DNA from: Octopus bimaculoides
Lineage: Eukaryota
DNA length: 64,000 nt
Assembly (NCBI RefSeq): GCF_001194135.2
Contig: NC_068981.1
Coordinates: 172,719,058-172,783,057 of the forward strand
Direction: 5' to 3'
Part shown: positions 1-14,288 of the stretch, one piece after another
Layout of the letters: each line of letters begins with the position of its first letter
How positions within the stretch are numbered: position 1 is the first letter of the stretch
Program-made: the position numbers and the translations under genes
Notes under the pieces: model-generated
What the model saw: the letters and a program-made list of their open reading frames with translations, nothing else
The model's database searches: none
Told to the model about the DNA's origin: nothing

Positions 1-35
1 TATATGTGTATGTAAATATATATATGTACATATAC

Positions 36-86
<51 letters not shown>

Positions 87-3000
87 NNNNNNNNNNACAT
101 GTGTGCATATATATATATGTGTGTGTGTGTATGTATATATATATATAAATATATGATTATACATAAATGAATAATAGAAAATAGATTGAACAACATTCTT
201 TATCCAAATAGTGCTTTGATGGATGCTGGTGATTACTCAGTATGTAACCTTCTAACACATACCAACATGGAAAACGGACGTTAAATGATGATGATATATA
301 CATACACACATAGCACACTCATATATCCTCTATCACCTGGCCAAATTTACACAACACACCCTAGGTTATTTAGTAATCTCTACATCAAATGTACACCTGT
401 TCTTTAGGTCCTGATTATTCACCAAATTTACATTGTGCTCCCTCCCTTTATCTACTGTTCATAATATAAAGTAGTTGGATAGATGAGAAAGAAGTCACCG
501 AGGACTATTCAACCTCGCCAGTGTTGGTACATTAAGAAAATGCACCCAGTACAGTCTATAAAGTAGTTAGTATTAGGAAGGGCATCCAGCCATAGAAAAC
601 AAGCCAAATGATATATACAAGCTCCTAGTCCTTAGGAGCAATTGCTCCCAATGAGAAGTAACTCAAACTGTGAGAACCCATCTAACTCATACCAACATGG
701 AAAGCTGACATAAAATGATGATGATGGTCTCACACACATTATTACTTGAATATGGAGCTCAGTTTTGTTTTCAAGTGTCTCTGGGTTTTTTTTTTTAGCT
801 TTATTACCTGTATTATTGCTCTAACTTGAGTATTTTTTTTACTGATTAAGTACTCTTGCTAAATTGTTTTACAAGAAGAAACAGTTTTTATTATAAAGCT
901 TTTATACACATGATTACAATATCTAGAATAGGCCAGGTATTTGGGAGCAAAACAAATCACAAAGGAAACCAAGACACCACACAGAAATATCAACATACTC
1001 TCAGCAAAATAGGCCGTTCAACTGCCCTTAAGCCACAGTGTCAACCCTGGTGCAGGCATAGAAGTGACTGCAAACCAGGATCAGTTGGTCTTCACCTGTG
1101 ATGCCCATCATACCTCATAACTGCAGTCCCCAATTATAAAAGCCTTCTCAAACCATTGTTGCTCAGTGAGGTTGCATATCTATTGTCATACATAAGTTGA
1201 CTTCTTATCACTTATGAAACTGATGCTAGTTGGCATCAGTTGTAATATGTATGAGTGTAATGCCTGTATGTGTACATATACAGACATACATACATACATA
1301 GGTATGTATGTATGTATGTATGTATGTATGTATATGCTCAGTAACTAACAAAAAAGAAATTCTATGTAGCTACCAAACCAAATTCAAATCTGATCTGCCT
1401 TAAAAAATGAAAGTACAGTTGGATAATGTAGTTCTAGGTTATAACTGTAACGTTGGTCATAAGTTTAGTCAATCGGAGCGGACTTGTAGCTAAACAACTG
1501 TAAGAGTTAACTTGCTGGAATGTCTATGAGCACCATGGGAACATGCTATCCATGTCCATGAGGAAACTGGCTGTTGTATTTAATATTAGCAAAGCCTGTT
1601 ACTAAGGTATGATATGTAAACCTTGGAGCCAAATGTGTTTTTGAATTAATAAATTATCTGGATCTAAAACTTTCACACTGATCAAGGGCCTGTCATCTTC
1701 CTAACATCAGTTATCTCATATTAACTCCCACTAATCCTATGACAGACTATGTAAATAACTCGACTTTATATCCTTCTTTTTTCTCCCACTTCTGTCCTGT
1801 TCACTTCCAAATTTCAAACTTTGTCAAGATGACTCTGTTTTTTTCTTTTTCAAAACTAAGAAGTTAAAAAAAGTTTAACTTATGAACAACTATAATACTC
1901 CTCAATTCCCAAATATGTTCTTTTGCAGAGCACTGTCTCTCTTATAGCTTTGCACAAGGCTTTTTATCATTGGCTATTCCTCTCTTTAACTGAACCACTT
2001 TTAACTCACTTTGGTAGGAGGATCTCCCGGGACACTAGGTGATCTCCCTTGTCTTTAGTCAAGGAAAATGAGAAAAAAAAAATCTATTTTTATTTTATGA
2101 TTTCCCTTTTAGTTGCAATCATATTTTTTCTGCTTCTGTGTTTAGTTTGGTCTGGGTTAGAGGTTTTATTTCTTTAAGGACATCTTATAATGACACAATT
2201 TAGCATAGTTTACAATAGCATATGGCTTAATCAAATCTTAAAGATGAATTTATTTTTGATCTCTTTTGTGTTGCACCAAATTTCTATTGTAGACTATAAA
2301 TATGCTTCTTATGAATCACTTGCAACCTTTATTTTTATTCATGATATTAATCATTTCACTTCTTTTATGTCACTGTTACCTTTATACACAATTTTATTTT
2401 ACTTCCTCATAAATCAAAGCTTATGTAAAAAAAAAAAAAATTTTGTTGCTTCCATTTAGGTATCAAGATTTAACAGCATTTGCAATTTAATTTTTCATTT
2501 CTCCATGGGATATATATATATATATATATAACATGAACAGTGGATTTGGTAGATAAATATTTTTTACTTGTGGATCAACAGTGCTACCAATGGCTTCATC
2601 TGGAAAGAATTTCTACAAATTTCCAAGTGTTCAGTTAAAACTGTTGGTAATCACCTCCATTTTGGATGGGACAACTTGAGATTACACAAGATAATCCATG
2701 ACATCAAAATTAATAGATGCACAGATAAGAATAAGCAACTTATTTGGAGACTTCATTAATTGTTATTGACATTGAGCTTTTTGCAAGAATTTGTATTCAA
2801 CACATAAACATCCATGTGCACCCATATATATATATATTAATCTAAGTGTACAGTATTATATATCCATTCAGCCAATCTTACCAGTTGGTTTCACACTAAG
2901 AGTTCAATGAGGTGTTAGGTATCAGCCTGATTATGTGACCCTGTACTGCTATATTTCATTCCATAACTGCCATCTCTGAAGAGTGCAGTGTTACTTAACA

Positions 3001-4574
3001 TTCCATTGAATTCCTAGTGTGAAATTGGTAAAATTGGTTGTAATGGATATATAATGCTGTACACTTTGATCAATATACCCACTCTATTGACAAATATATG
3101 AGTGCATATTTTTTTTGACAGATTCTTAGATGGTACAAATATGTATACATGTACAATGTATATAACATGCAACACATACCTGCATTTTGTGGGTGTATAT
3201 GCATTCATGTCTTGAACATAAAATAGTCATTGAAATTCTGAGTTCAAAAAATATAAGTTGCAAATCATGTGATATCTTAAATATATGTGTTATGTATAAC
3301 ATGTGTGTAATCTCATATAGTCCCATCCAGAATGGTGGTAATTACCAACATTTTTAAGCTAATGTTTGAAAAACTGTGGAAATTCTTTCCACATGAAATC
3401 ATTGATAGCACTGTTAATGCACACATATGAACTAAAATTAGGTATTTTCACATATTGTTGAAGTATGTATCACTGCATTTAGTTTCTACTAACCAACCAC
3501 AAAGTAATAGTTCAGAGTGAAGCAAGTAGAGGAAGTGAAGCTTGCCTGAAGCCACAGCACACATGTTGTAGCAAGGCTTCATGCCCATGTAATTAATATT
3601 TGAACACATCAGCCACTGTGCTTTTTCTTTCAACTTTTAATTCCCTCTTTCAATATATGTGATACCTTCCAAATTCTGTTTAGTTTTTCTACCATTTCTA
3701 TAACTAGCAATGGTATTTCTTTCTCTAGAAACAATCTTTTAAATGACTTTACAATTATTTACATGTGAATGGGATATTCTATAATTGAGTGGTTAGAACA
3801 CTGTACCCTGGTTCATTTTATTTAATGATTTATGGCTAATCAAATCATAATCAATCGCAGATTAATTTTAAGTCTTTTTGTTACTTCTACATGCTTCAAA
3901 TGCTACCCACAGTCATATGCCCAGATATTTTCTGGTTTCCTTTGCTAAGGCAGAACAATAGAAACTATATATGTTAATTATAAGTCAAAACTAGGCTTCA
4001 TTAACATTATATATAGGACTTACAAAAGTGTAATTAAAGATATATATTAAAAAAAAAAAGATTAATAGTCAAGAATGAAATAAAAGGACTTGAGTTACTC
4101 TACCCTGAAATTTAATCCACAATGAATTCCATCTTAATACAAGTGTCTTAATGTATTTAATAAACCAAAAAAATTGTTGTGTAGCTTTGAGAGTTTTTTT
4201 TCCCCACCTAAATATTTCACATCAAGTTTCTTTGAAATAGAGATTGGATCATCACTAATTGTTGGAGTTAATATTCTGCACCTTTTAAATATATATTTAT
4301 TTATGTATTTATTTTACCAATTTTTTTATTCATTTGGCTCTAACTATACCCATCAAATACTCTGTCATTTACAGTAATGACAAGCCTGAAATTGTTCTTC
4401 TGATGGAAGATATAAACCAGATGATATAAGTATTCAAAAATTTCATAGAAACTCCAATGACCTTAAGAGACTTATTTTCATAAATAATGATTATCATCCA
4501 AGAGATTCATGTTTATGGTTTGTTTTCTTCCTGATAAGACCAGTAGGAAAGTAGTTGTTCTCATAGAGGTTCTT

Positions 4575-4942
4575 TTTATCTTTTATCTTTTACTTGTTTC
4601 TGTCATTAGACTGTGGTCATGCTGTGGCACTGCCTTGAAGGGTTTAGTTGAACAAATCAAACCCAATATTTTTTTTTAAGCCTGGTACATATTCTATCAA
4701 ACTCTTTTTGCTGAATTGATAAGTTACATGGACATAAACAAACCAACGCCAGTTGTCAAGCAGTGGTGAGAAAAATACACACACACGCATGCACATCCGT
4801 ACTCACATACACAACAGGCTTCTTTCAATTTCTGTCTACCGAATCCACTCACAAGGCTTTGGTCAGCCCAAGATGCCACATAGTACTACTGAATTCAGAA
4901 CCATGTGGCTGAGAAGTAAACTTCTTATCACACAGCCACACC
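4575..4942 (-). mobile_element. tRNA-derived SINE family A (long form), decayed
   Basis: Reverse complement of the element at 17208..17560 and 10784..10950 (shared ccaaagccttgtgagtggatttggtag core). Confidence 0.75.
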
Positions 4943-7900
4943 TCCAAATTGTTCTTTGAAAGTTTATTGTTAACAATAAAGAACAGAGCTATTTATATTA
5001 CTGCAATTACTGAAAATTATATTTAAGCAGTATAAATCAATGGAAAGAAAAAAGTCTGGAAATGTTTTCCCAATACTCGAACTATATGGTTAATACTAGA
5101 CATGCTAATCATTATTCTAAGAGGACATTACTATTTGGCCCTTTTCCGTTGAAATCCTTTTATTTTATTTTTTTCTATCTATATTAGCATTGTTTACATA
5201 CATCTTAAATTGAAAATGTCAAGCTCTATTCTGTAAAGTTCCTATAATATAGTTTACAGTTTGGTTCACATAACTTAAGGATTTGTCAAATTTACAATAC
5301 TAACCTTTAATACGCTTGGAGTATTTGGAAGAAAATTAACTTAAGGAGTACACAAGTTCAGATAGTTTAGTTTAGGATATTATCATAGGAAAATAGTGTT
5401 CATCAGTGAGCAGCAGCTAGTCTACAAAAGCTTTTTTTTATCAATACATTGCTTCCCTCCTTACTAAGAAGCCACTGTAAACAATCCAGAGAAACTAGGG
5501 AACATTTGGATATAAGTAATTAGACTAAATAAAGTATCAGACTGTTAAAAGTAGAATCACCAACTTTAAATCCTCTAAATCTTACATTTATCAGTAGTCT
5601 GATATTAATTTATCTTACTCTGTTTAAAAGTAAACTTGCACAAAGATTATTGAATTTGTTCAGCAGAAATCCAAACTTATATTGAAACTTTTTGCCTAGC
5701 ATAAATCTATTTGGTTATATTCATAGCAAGAGCTTAAGATTATTCCATTAAGATAGCATACAGAACAAAAGTTATTTGTATAAGGATCTATTAATCATCC
5801 ATAAAATGATGATCTACTGAAATGTTATAACTTTGAAATAATTAATGCCAGTGCATTCACACTTTATCCAACAAATGCTGTCAAAGAAAATTATATAAAA
5901 TAATTCCTAATAGTTATTATGATTTAGTAGAAATACAGTCATATTTTTTTAGCAGCTGGGATTTGGAGCATAGATTAAAACTGTCATGCAATACTATTGA
6001 AAACTCCTCATTAATTCTTCAGCAAATTTTCTATTAGTTTATAATTTGATTCATGCCTATCAATATAAACTTGCAAAATTTTTGGATTTTTTTTTTTTTT
6101 TAACAGGGAGGGTAAGGAAATCTAACTGTAGCACAACTGTCTTTTACATACAAGCTCATGTACACCTCCCCATACAGACAGCTTGTGTATATTTTTTCAT
6201 AAACTTTATGAATATCCTGCCATTTCATCTTTTAAAAAATATTTACAACAGATGATTGGAGAGTTATCTATCTGAAAGTAAATATTTGTTTTTTAACGTG
6301 ACTATTCTTGGCAGTTGATATTTATACTGAGATTTATTTGATAAAATGGTCATAGCTTAGGAGAGTAAGTAGGATTGTGATTTTGGTTATATTATGCTTG
6401 AAAGTTTAAGCCTCCAACCTTAATATACTATTAGTAATACAGTATATAAGACGGCTGAGCAAGTCAAACAACTATAGAATTCTAAATATTTGTTAACAGA
6501 AGCATTTAAAAGAAAAATCATTATCTTTGGTGTGTAAGGTATTGCTTATTTTCTGTTATAGCTCTTTTGAAGCAAAATAAAAGGGAGTGAAATGAGGGTT
6601 GTTATTTAAGTATAGAGGCAAATGAAGAATTGAAATATTTACTGGAGTTATGAGTTCAGTTGACTCCAAGTGCATCGTTAGGTTCTTGGAAAGAACACTT
6701 TATTCTACATTACTTTGGTTGTTGAAAGTATGTGGAAACATATGTTGGTATTCTTTAACAATACATAGAGTTTCAATTTCTGTATACTCCAGTCATACTC
6801 TATCTGTTTTCTAGAAACCAAAAATCTTGTGGCACCTTTTTTAATCTCTTTTTATGTGAGGATACTTAAATTTCTCATGACCATTATTACATTTTTCAAC
6901 ATGACAAACATTTGTTTATCTACTGGTAGCATATCATGAAGGTAGAAAAACTCTGACTACCACTAACTATAAATATGATGGTGCAATTGTTTAAAACCAA
7001 ATCTAACACTATTTGCTAGCTCCCTAAGGACCATCTCATTGTGAAGAGTAAGTAAATCGATAGCTTCACTGCAGAGAATACAGTGTGAGAGTATGAAAGA
7101 GGGAAAAGTAAATATATGCCCTTTACAGTTACATTTCAAGAGAGTGTCTGATGAAGGGCCTATGGTTAGAAGGTTAGCATGTGACATTAGAATTTGTTTT
7201 AAATATTTGCACCTTCATTATAGATGAAGGTTTGGAAGACTGTTTCTATCTTTATAACATGATTTTGATAAATAAAAGTGGGAATTTACTCAAAATTACT
7301 AATATGTAGCCTCTTTTAATCTAACAAAATGGATAACCCATCATGGGTCTGAAACCAAGGATGCTGGAAAATTGATGTTCTGTGTATAGCTTAGCTTTGA
7401 TTTCACTATATTTGTTTCATGCCCATATGCTCTTACATATATGATTCACAAAATATACAGTATCCTAAATGTTTATTGAGAACCTAAATTTCATGTTCCA
7501 TCATAGATGAGACAAGACAACCTGATTATTGAAATGGGTAGTGATAGTAGCTGAGCCAAGCTTAATTAAGTATCTTCCCTGGAACATGAAACTTAAGTCA
7601 TTGCCAATGAACATTTAAGATTCTGATTATGAAATATTCATAACTCTCAAATGTATTAGGTGCTTTAATTTGCTGTGCCTATCAACAAATGAACAGTGAG
7701 CGTGTAATTTTTTTTAATGAATATGTGGCCTTTTCTAAATAGGTTTATCTTTTTACATAATCAGAAGTGGAACTTTATCTTATGAGACTAAAAGGAAAAG
7801 CTATGCCATTCCAAATGGGTTTATGTGTGCTTGTATATGTATGTGAACCCTGCTCATAGACACAGAATTACACAATGATATTTTAAAGCACATATTTGTT

Positions 7901-7998
7901 CATGATTTTTAGTTTTAAACTTGATAGCTATGCATGTATTTTTTGGCATTAACACTTCAGTTGACAGTTATTTCTGAAATAATTATGCTTTTGCATGC

Positions 7999-8039
<41 letters not shown>

Positions 8040-8856
8040 GTCATTCATTGATTCATATTTAAAATAAGCTTTTCTTTGTGTATTCAGTAAATACTGTGAG
8101 GAGTGATAATCACCAACATATAACAAGAAAAAGAATACAGAAATGCTACAAAATCTTTTGATATTTCATAATAGATTATTAAGTAATAATGTGAATTAAA
8201 CAGTTTTTATGTATTCTTAAGTAACTAAAATGACTTCAATGATGCAAGGATATATAGCATTTCAGAAACATAACACGCTAACATTTCCATGATTCACCTT
8301 GAAAATATATATTTGTTAAAAATAGAATTAAGAAAATAAAGAATAAAAGATGTTAATTAGTTTTGAGAAAGTAAATGATTTTGATGTTCACAATATAAAT
8401 ATATTCTACCAAAGCATGATGAATTTTTTTTTTTTTTTGGTCTTCCTTTTAATTTTAAAATATATTTGTTATTCATAATAATTATGGTTTTAATCATTTA
8501 ATATCACTACTGTTTAGTTTTTTTAAGTACTAAAATATTAATTTTTGCTTATTCTGTTGAAAACTGTTTTAGAATGTTTGATATTTTTATCAAAAGACTC
8601 ATAAATAATGAATTATTCTTTTATTTATGAATTAATAAGAAATATTCTTTTAAAGCTTTGATTATTCAAGTGTTCTTGTATAAAGTATCTAGTATTTCAA
8701 ACTGATTTAAAAAACTTAAGACATTTTGCATGTAATAATATTTTATCAAATCTTCTTATAATTTTATTGATAATAAATAGGTGTTGTGCTTATACCATCC
8801 GTAACAAATATTGTCAATTGTGTTTAACTTTTTTTCTCCATTTTTATCTTTTATAG

Positions 8857-9240
8857 AATGATGAGCAAATCTTCAACTGAAGAGAGTGAGCTTGAAACTC
8901 CTCCTCCTCTTCCGGAAAAGCAGCGCATCTCAAGTGCCACCACCTTAAACATGATGGGAAGCAGCAAAGGAGATAGCAATGGCCACTCTTCTTCAAGCCA
9001 ATCCCCACTTAGTAGCATGCTTTTTCCTAGTCCATCTCAAGACCATTCTCTAGGTGGTTGTAGCAATAGCTCAGGACTAGTAACTCCATCCAGTCAATCG
9101 CCACGCAGTTGTTCCCCTTTAAGTCGCTCTCCCGCCAGCAGTATTGGTTCTGGTCTCAACCAATCAATGGATGATTTACTTAGCAGTAGTAATCGAAGTA
9201 GTAGAACTAATAGTTTTTCTTATGCATCTTCAGATTCAAG
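8857..9240 (+). CDS. RAPGEF1: C3G/RAPGEF1 exon (first identified in window): Ser-rich region with PPPLPEKQR Crk-SH3-type motif
   Basis: Acceptor ttttatag|A at 8856/8857, donor AAG|GTTAGG at 9240/9241. Open frame MMSKSSTEESELETPPPLPEK...SSDS; phase 2 at both ends, matching the next exon. Confidence 0.88.
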
Positions 9241-9633
9241 GTTAGGTTTCATTCTTATTTCTACATAATTTTATTTCCATATGTAAATTTAACTTACTTC
9301 TATAGGGAAAACAATCTCGCACCATTCATCTGTGAATCAATATAGCTCAATTTAAAGTATTATAAAATGAATCCATTTGCCAACTGCATTAAGCAAACAA
9401 TATTGTATTGAATAAACTATGTTTATTGATGATATTTTTCTTTTTAACTTTGAAATTGTAAATACATATAAATATAATTTCACAAATTTTAAAACTTTCT
9501 TTGAATCTTAGTAAATTTTTTTAGCTATTTTTCAAAATATTTTGTCCTTTTTTTCCCCACCTCTTTTCTAGTTACAAAATTTTAATCTGAAATATCAAAA
9601 TTTCATATGTTTATATCAAATGTTTAATTGCAG

Positions 9634-10145
9634 GAGTGCTACAATGGAAAGCAGTGTTGAATATGCTCTTGCTGTTGATGAAATTAACCAGCTGACCAAA
9701 AAGATCAACCAGCTAACAACAAGCATCAAGGAAGTTCCACCTCCTGTGCCTGCAAAGGGTTCAAAATCGCCCCGCTTCCCATCACATTATGACAATGTAC
9801 CACTGGGAGAAGGTTCTGGGGGCTTACCGGTCAGTGGCTTGGTGGGGATATGTGCTAATACTACTGGCATGAGCCAAACCATCAGTCACATGAGCAGTCA
9901 CAGCACTTCTTGTAGCAGTAGCAGTAGCCTGAATACGCGCATGGTCTCTCATTTCAACAGTGCTATGGCCAGTGGCATGCCATCCTTCTCACACTTTCAC
10001 TCTCATAAATCCAGCTCTTATTTCTTCTCACAAAGTTCACAAGAAACCATATCCAGTTCAGAATTCTCATCTGGTATCAGTCATTCAAGTTTGGAGAGTT
10101 TACATCAGCATGGACCACCACCATTACCACCAAAGAAGAAACATA
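9634..10145 (+). CDS. RAPGEF1: C3G exon: PPPVPAK, FPSHYDNVP and PPPLPPKKKH motifs
   Basis: Acceptor ttgcag|G at 9633/9634, donor CATA|GTATGT at 10145/10146; phase 2 to phase 1. The PxxPxK and YDN motifs are typical of the C3G central region. Confidence 0.92.
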
Positions 10146-10783
10146 GTATGTGGTTTCAAATTGTTTTTCTACATTTTTGTAATGTTACAATACTTCTCCA
10201 AATTTAGAATCTCCAAATTAAAAAAGTAGGATAAAGAATTATACTTTATATTAAGAAATAACAAAACACAAGATACTTATTAAAATATATTTATATACTA
10301 AAATTTATTGGGCTTCTTTTTTACTATATGAAGATGGAATTAAAAAGAAGAGTTTGGGTTATGGGAAACTGATGACCTCACCAGATAAGTAAAACAGTTT
10401 TCATCTTGGAAAAACTAAAGTTTCATTGACTTTTACTGAAGGATTATAGATAACCAAAAATATTGCTAAACAAAATTAATAACATGACAAATTGCTATTT
10501 TGTTGTTATTAATTTGCTACCTTATTTCTATTTCACATCACACCCACATTAACGTTTTCTGTTCCTTCTTCTGAATCACCATTACTTTACACCTATTGCC
10601 TGAAAAGACAGAAAGGTGATTTACTTTTTGTCTTTCACTGCACTTTCACCTTCAAAATGTAACTGCAATGATGTTTATTCTCACAATGGACTAATGGAAT
10701 TAGTTATTGTGAACTCATATCAGTGTATCACCACTTTCACCACCAATTGTTAATTTCACTTGAAGTTCTGTGCATAAAATACA

Positions 10784-10950
10784 GGAGTGGCTGTGTGGTA
10801 AGTAGCTTGCTTACCAACCACATGGATCCGGGTTCATTCCCACTGCGTGGCACCTTGGACACATGTCTTCTACTATAGCCTTGGGCCAACCAAAGCCTTG
10901 TGAGTGGATTTGGTAGACAGAAACTGAAAGAAGCCTGTCGTATATATGTG
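10784..10950 (+). mobile_element. tRNA-derived SINE family A
   Basis: Head ggctgtgtggtaag (A box-like), gggttcattccc (B box-like), core caccttgg..tgtcttctactatagcc..aaagccttgtgagtggatttggtag, TA-repeat tail. Several copies in the window. Confidence 0.8.
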
Positions 10951-11506
10951 TGTATATATATATATCATCATCATCATCATCATCGTTTAACGTCCGCTTT
11001 CCATGCTAGAATTTTAGTAACCTACTGAAGCTTTCAACAGTCTACTGAGCTAATTTAGTGACATCTGATGAATAAATCAAATAACAAGCAAACAGTTATA
11101 TATACTCATGCATGTATTGTATCAGAACATTATTTTTAACAGTAAACTAATAAGGCAACAAATTTACTTTGAAGCTAAATTATTTGGGATTGATTACATT
11201 TTATATAAAGTTAAAATAAATATCATCAAATAGATTTTCATTTGCTGTTATCTTCGGTAGGGTCCAAATTTCATTTCATCCCCCTTTCAGTATTCAAAAT
11301 TGTTTTGTTTTTTTAGGGGGGGGGGATCTTAAAGCTTTTAGAATCCTATTAAATTTCTTTTCATTCCCTTTATTTTTTTCACCAACAAATTTTATCACTA
11401 TTTTGGCATTCATTTTGTATAGAATTAATAAAATAATTTTTGTCTTAGTAATAACAAATCTTTGATTTCCTCATTAATGTAATTCCCTTTTACGTCTGTT
11501 TTCCAG

Positions 11507-11766
11507 TTCAAACGTATATGCAAACATTTGGCTCCTGTGTGCAGCCTAATGCTACAGAATTAGCGCACATATCTCGCCGATCACTTAACTTCTTCGAGGC
11601 TGAATGGAAACATCACCAGAAAGAGTTACATAGGTCAATATATCCTCGATCTAATACTATCAGTGTCATCTCTGATATCTCTAGTGGAAGTTCAGATAAT
11701 ACGTCTGGCATTGGCTCAGCTGAAAATATGGGAACTCCTCCTGCACTTCCAGCTAAATTGGGACGA
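11507..11766 (+). CDS. RAPGEF1: C3G exon: IQTYMQTFG...PPALPAKLGR
   Basis: Acceptor ttccag|TT, donor CGA|GTAAGT; phase 1 to 0. The joined sequence PPKKKHIQTYMQ resembles human C3G LPEKKNKHMLAYMQ. Confidence 0.93.
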
Positions 11767-13738
11767 GTAAGTATTCCAGAAAATAACTGGACATTTTGAA
11801 TATTTAACACGCACAAAACACCACTGAGAAAATTGTTTGTAATTCTATTTTTGTTTAATATATATATATATATACTGTTTGGTAAAAGTTTTCTTTATAA
11901 CCATGTGATTCCAGATTTTCATCCTACTGCATTGCATATTGGGTAAGGGTCATCTATCATAGCTTCAGGCTGACCACTCTCTTAGTAGTGAAATATAGTA
12001 GATCAAAACTGCAGTCCACGTGTGTGTTTGTATATAGCAGTGTAAAATACATGTTTAAATCCATAGTAAGAGAGGTAACTCTCAGAAGGGATATAAATCT
12101 GATCAAATTTATACTATTACATAAACATCGATATAATTAATAGCAGTCTACACCAAATAAAATAATGTTTCCATGTCATTTTACCATCATTAACTGCTGC
12201 CTTCTTGATCTTCAAATTTGACTCTTGATCTATGAGTCTTGAGGACCAAGTGCTCCAGGAAACTTGTTTATGAATTAACTGAGATATCAAGTTTAATGCA
12301 TGAGCAGAAGAAGGAACTAAAAAAAAAAAAAAACATTAAAAATTGAGAGTTAATAGTGAAAATGGCAAAATGATTAATACTTAAAACTTTCATAGACCAT
12401 TCATGAAGTAGTAATATTAATTATGTGTCAGAATGTGTGTTGGATGTATGAATGACATTATTCTAGAATAACCCAGTTAAGTTTGTAAAAATATATAACC
12501 AGCTGGAATGATAAAAAATGTATATGAATTAACACTGATATATAGATATATAAATTTTTATATGGAGATTAGAATATAAGGCACTCTTATAACAAAAATA
12601 TGTCCCAGAAAATCAACCTGAGTCTTATAAACACAAGATTAGAGTCTGGATTATTGGCAGAGAGTGATTCAGGTGCTGCATTGCTGTTTAAAATGAACTA
12701 CAAACATCTCTGTTACAAGCATGTTTCCTAGAGTTATTAGTATTTTCTAAGAAAACAATGTTTTTCAAATAAAACACCACCAGTTATCATTGCCTTCCAT
12801 GCTGGCATGGATTGGACTTACTCCAACCCATGATGGTCTTTATTTATTGGAAGTCACTGTTTTCATAGATTGGTGCTAATACATGTCATTTGACTTGGAT
12901 TCTACTGTTGGATGCCCTTCCTATTGCCAACCCCTTTACTGAGTATGTTGGTGCATTTTCTTGTAGCACTAACACAAGAGCAGTTGAATAGTCTTTGACA
13001 CAAGCTGCATGATATGATATATTATTAGCTAATAATTCATTTTATATGGTGATATTTTTAACAAAATTTAAATAACCTTATATTTCAAATTTTTAGAGAA
13101 GTTATGAGGCAAAAATTCTTTAATAGACTTACATAAGAGCATTTTAAGTTGTATACAAAATACTAAGTTATAAATAAATAAAACAAGTTATAGCTTTATG
13201 AAACCAGTCAAAATTATGATTATTTGTGAATTTAATCGAAAGCACAAGAGTAGCAAAACTTTTTGTATGTGTGTGTGTGTGTGTTAATACTAGCTGGTGA
13301 ATTCTCATAAGGATCTAAATATATCAATCAAATTTTAAATTAATTTGCTGATGATGAAGACTATGAATGGCAAGCAAAAACATCATTTATAAAATATTTT
13401 CAAGAAAGGGCCTGCCAAAATTGAGTCCTGATTATACTTTCCAACAGCATTTTACCATTTATTGGGTTCATTTATCATCTTCTCTATGAGGTTTGACATC
13501 CTGAAATTAAATTTCACTATTTCTGCCCATGCATGTCTTCCTTGATCTTTCTCTTCCACAGTTTCCTTCTACTTGGATTTCTCCTAGTACTGTACCCATT
13601 TAGCATCCATACCAATGTCTTCAACTATCAAGCATTCTACATCTGATACCATTTTTGTCTATTTTCTCTCAGCTCATTCACTTGATTCATTCAATTATAT
13701 TAACAAACCATTTTTGTAATTAGTCTTCTAACAGACAG

Positions 13739-13860
13739 AGCCAAGCATCTACAATATCCAGCCAATCAGATGCCTCAATTGAAGGTCCTGCAGAAGTAGT
13801 TCGAGAAAAATCTGCTAGTATGATAGAACCGCCAGTTGTTCCACCTACAACTCCTGAAAT
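13739..13860 (+). CDS. RAPGEF1: C3G exon: SQASTISSQSDASIEGPAEVVREKSASMIEPPVVPPTTPE
   Basis: Acceptor aacagacag|AGC, donor AT|GTAAGT; phase 0 to 2, matching both neighbours. Missed by the plus-strand ORF track (its antisense is the 13720..13923 ORF). Confidence 0.85.
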
Positions 13861-14288
13861 GTAAGTAAAATACAATATACACTTAATCATTAGTATAACT
13901 ATGTTAATGTTATAGTCATACAATGGGGCTTTAGAGTCAAACTCTTTTTTTACTTATTTAACTTTTTCATCTCAGAAAACCTATGTATATGTACATATGT
14001 TTCGCAACCAGTGGACAAAGAGGTAGTTGCCTTAAATAACGTGCTAATTAATTATTATACATCCAGTGTACATATACTTTTGTCAATGTCAAGTTTTGCG
14101 CCACATAGAATTTTGACATATACTTGACTATTAAAAATTAGAAGGAAATTACCTCATTACAAAATTTCAGTTATCCAGGTGAAAAACTGATTTTACAACT
14201 TAGAATATTCAGCAATACATACATTCATTTTTATATATAAAGATTACTTTTGTTATTCAAACCTTCATAGAAATCAATTGTCTTATAG

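Noticed and set aside
2568-2759. 63-aa ORF with a GC-richer look
   Set aside because: No recognisable motif or splice sites consistent with C3G.
4375-4430. Exon-like NDKPEIVLLMEDINQMI
   Set aside because: The only open frame ends in TAA before the available GT.
13735-13738. Upstream AG of the AACAG-ACAG tandem acceptor
   Set aside because: Shifts the frame and reaches TGA within 16 codons; 13739 is the in-phase acceptor.
13720-13923. Minus-strand 67-aa ORF
   Set aside because: Antisense shadow of C3G exon 13739..13860. Likewise 11613..11816 and 36829..37011 shadow C3G exons.
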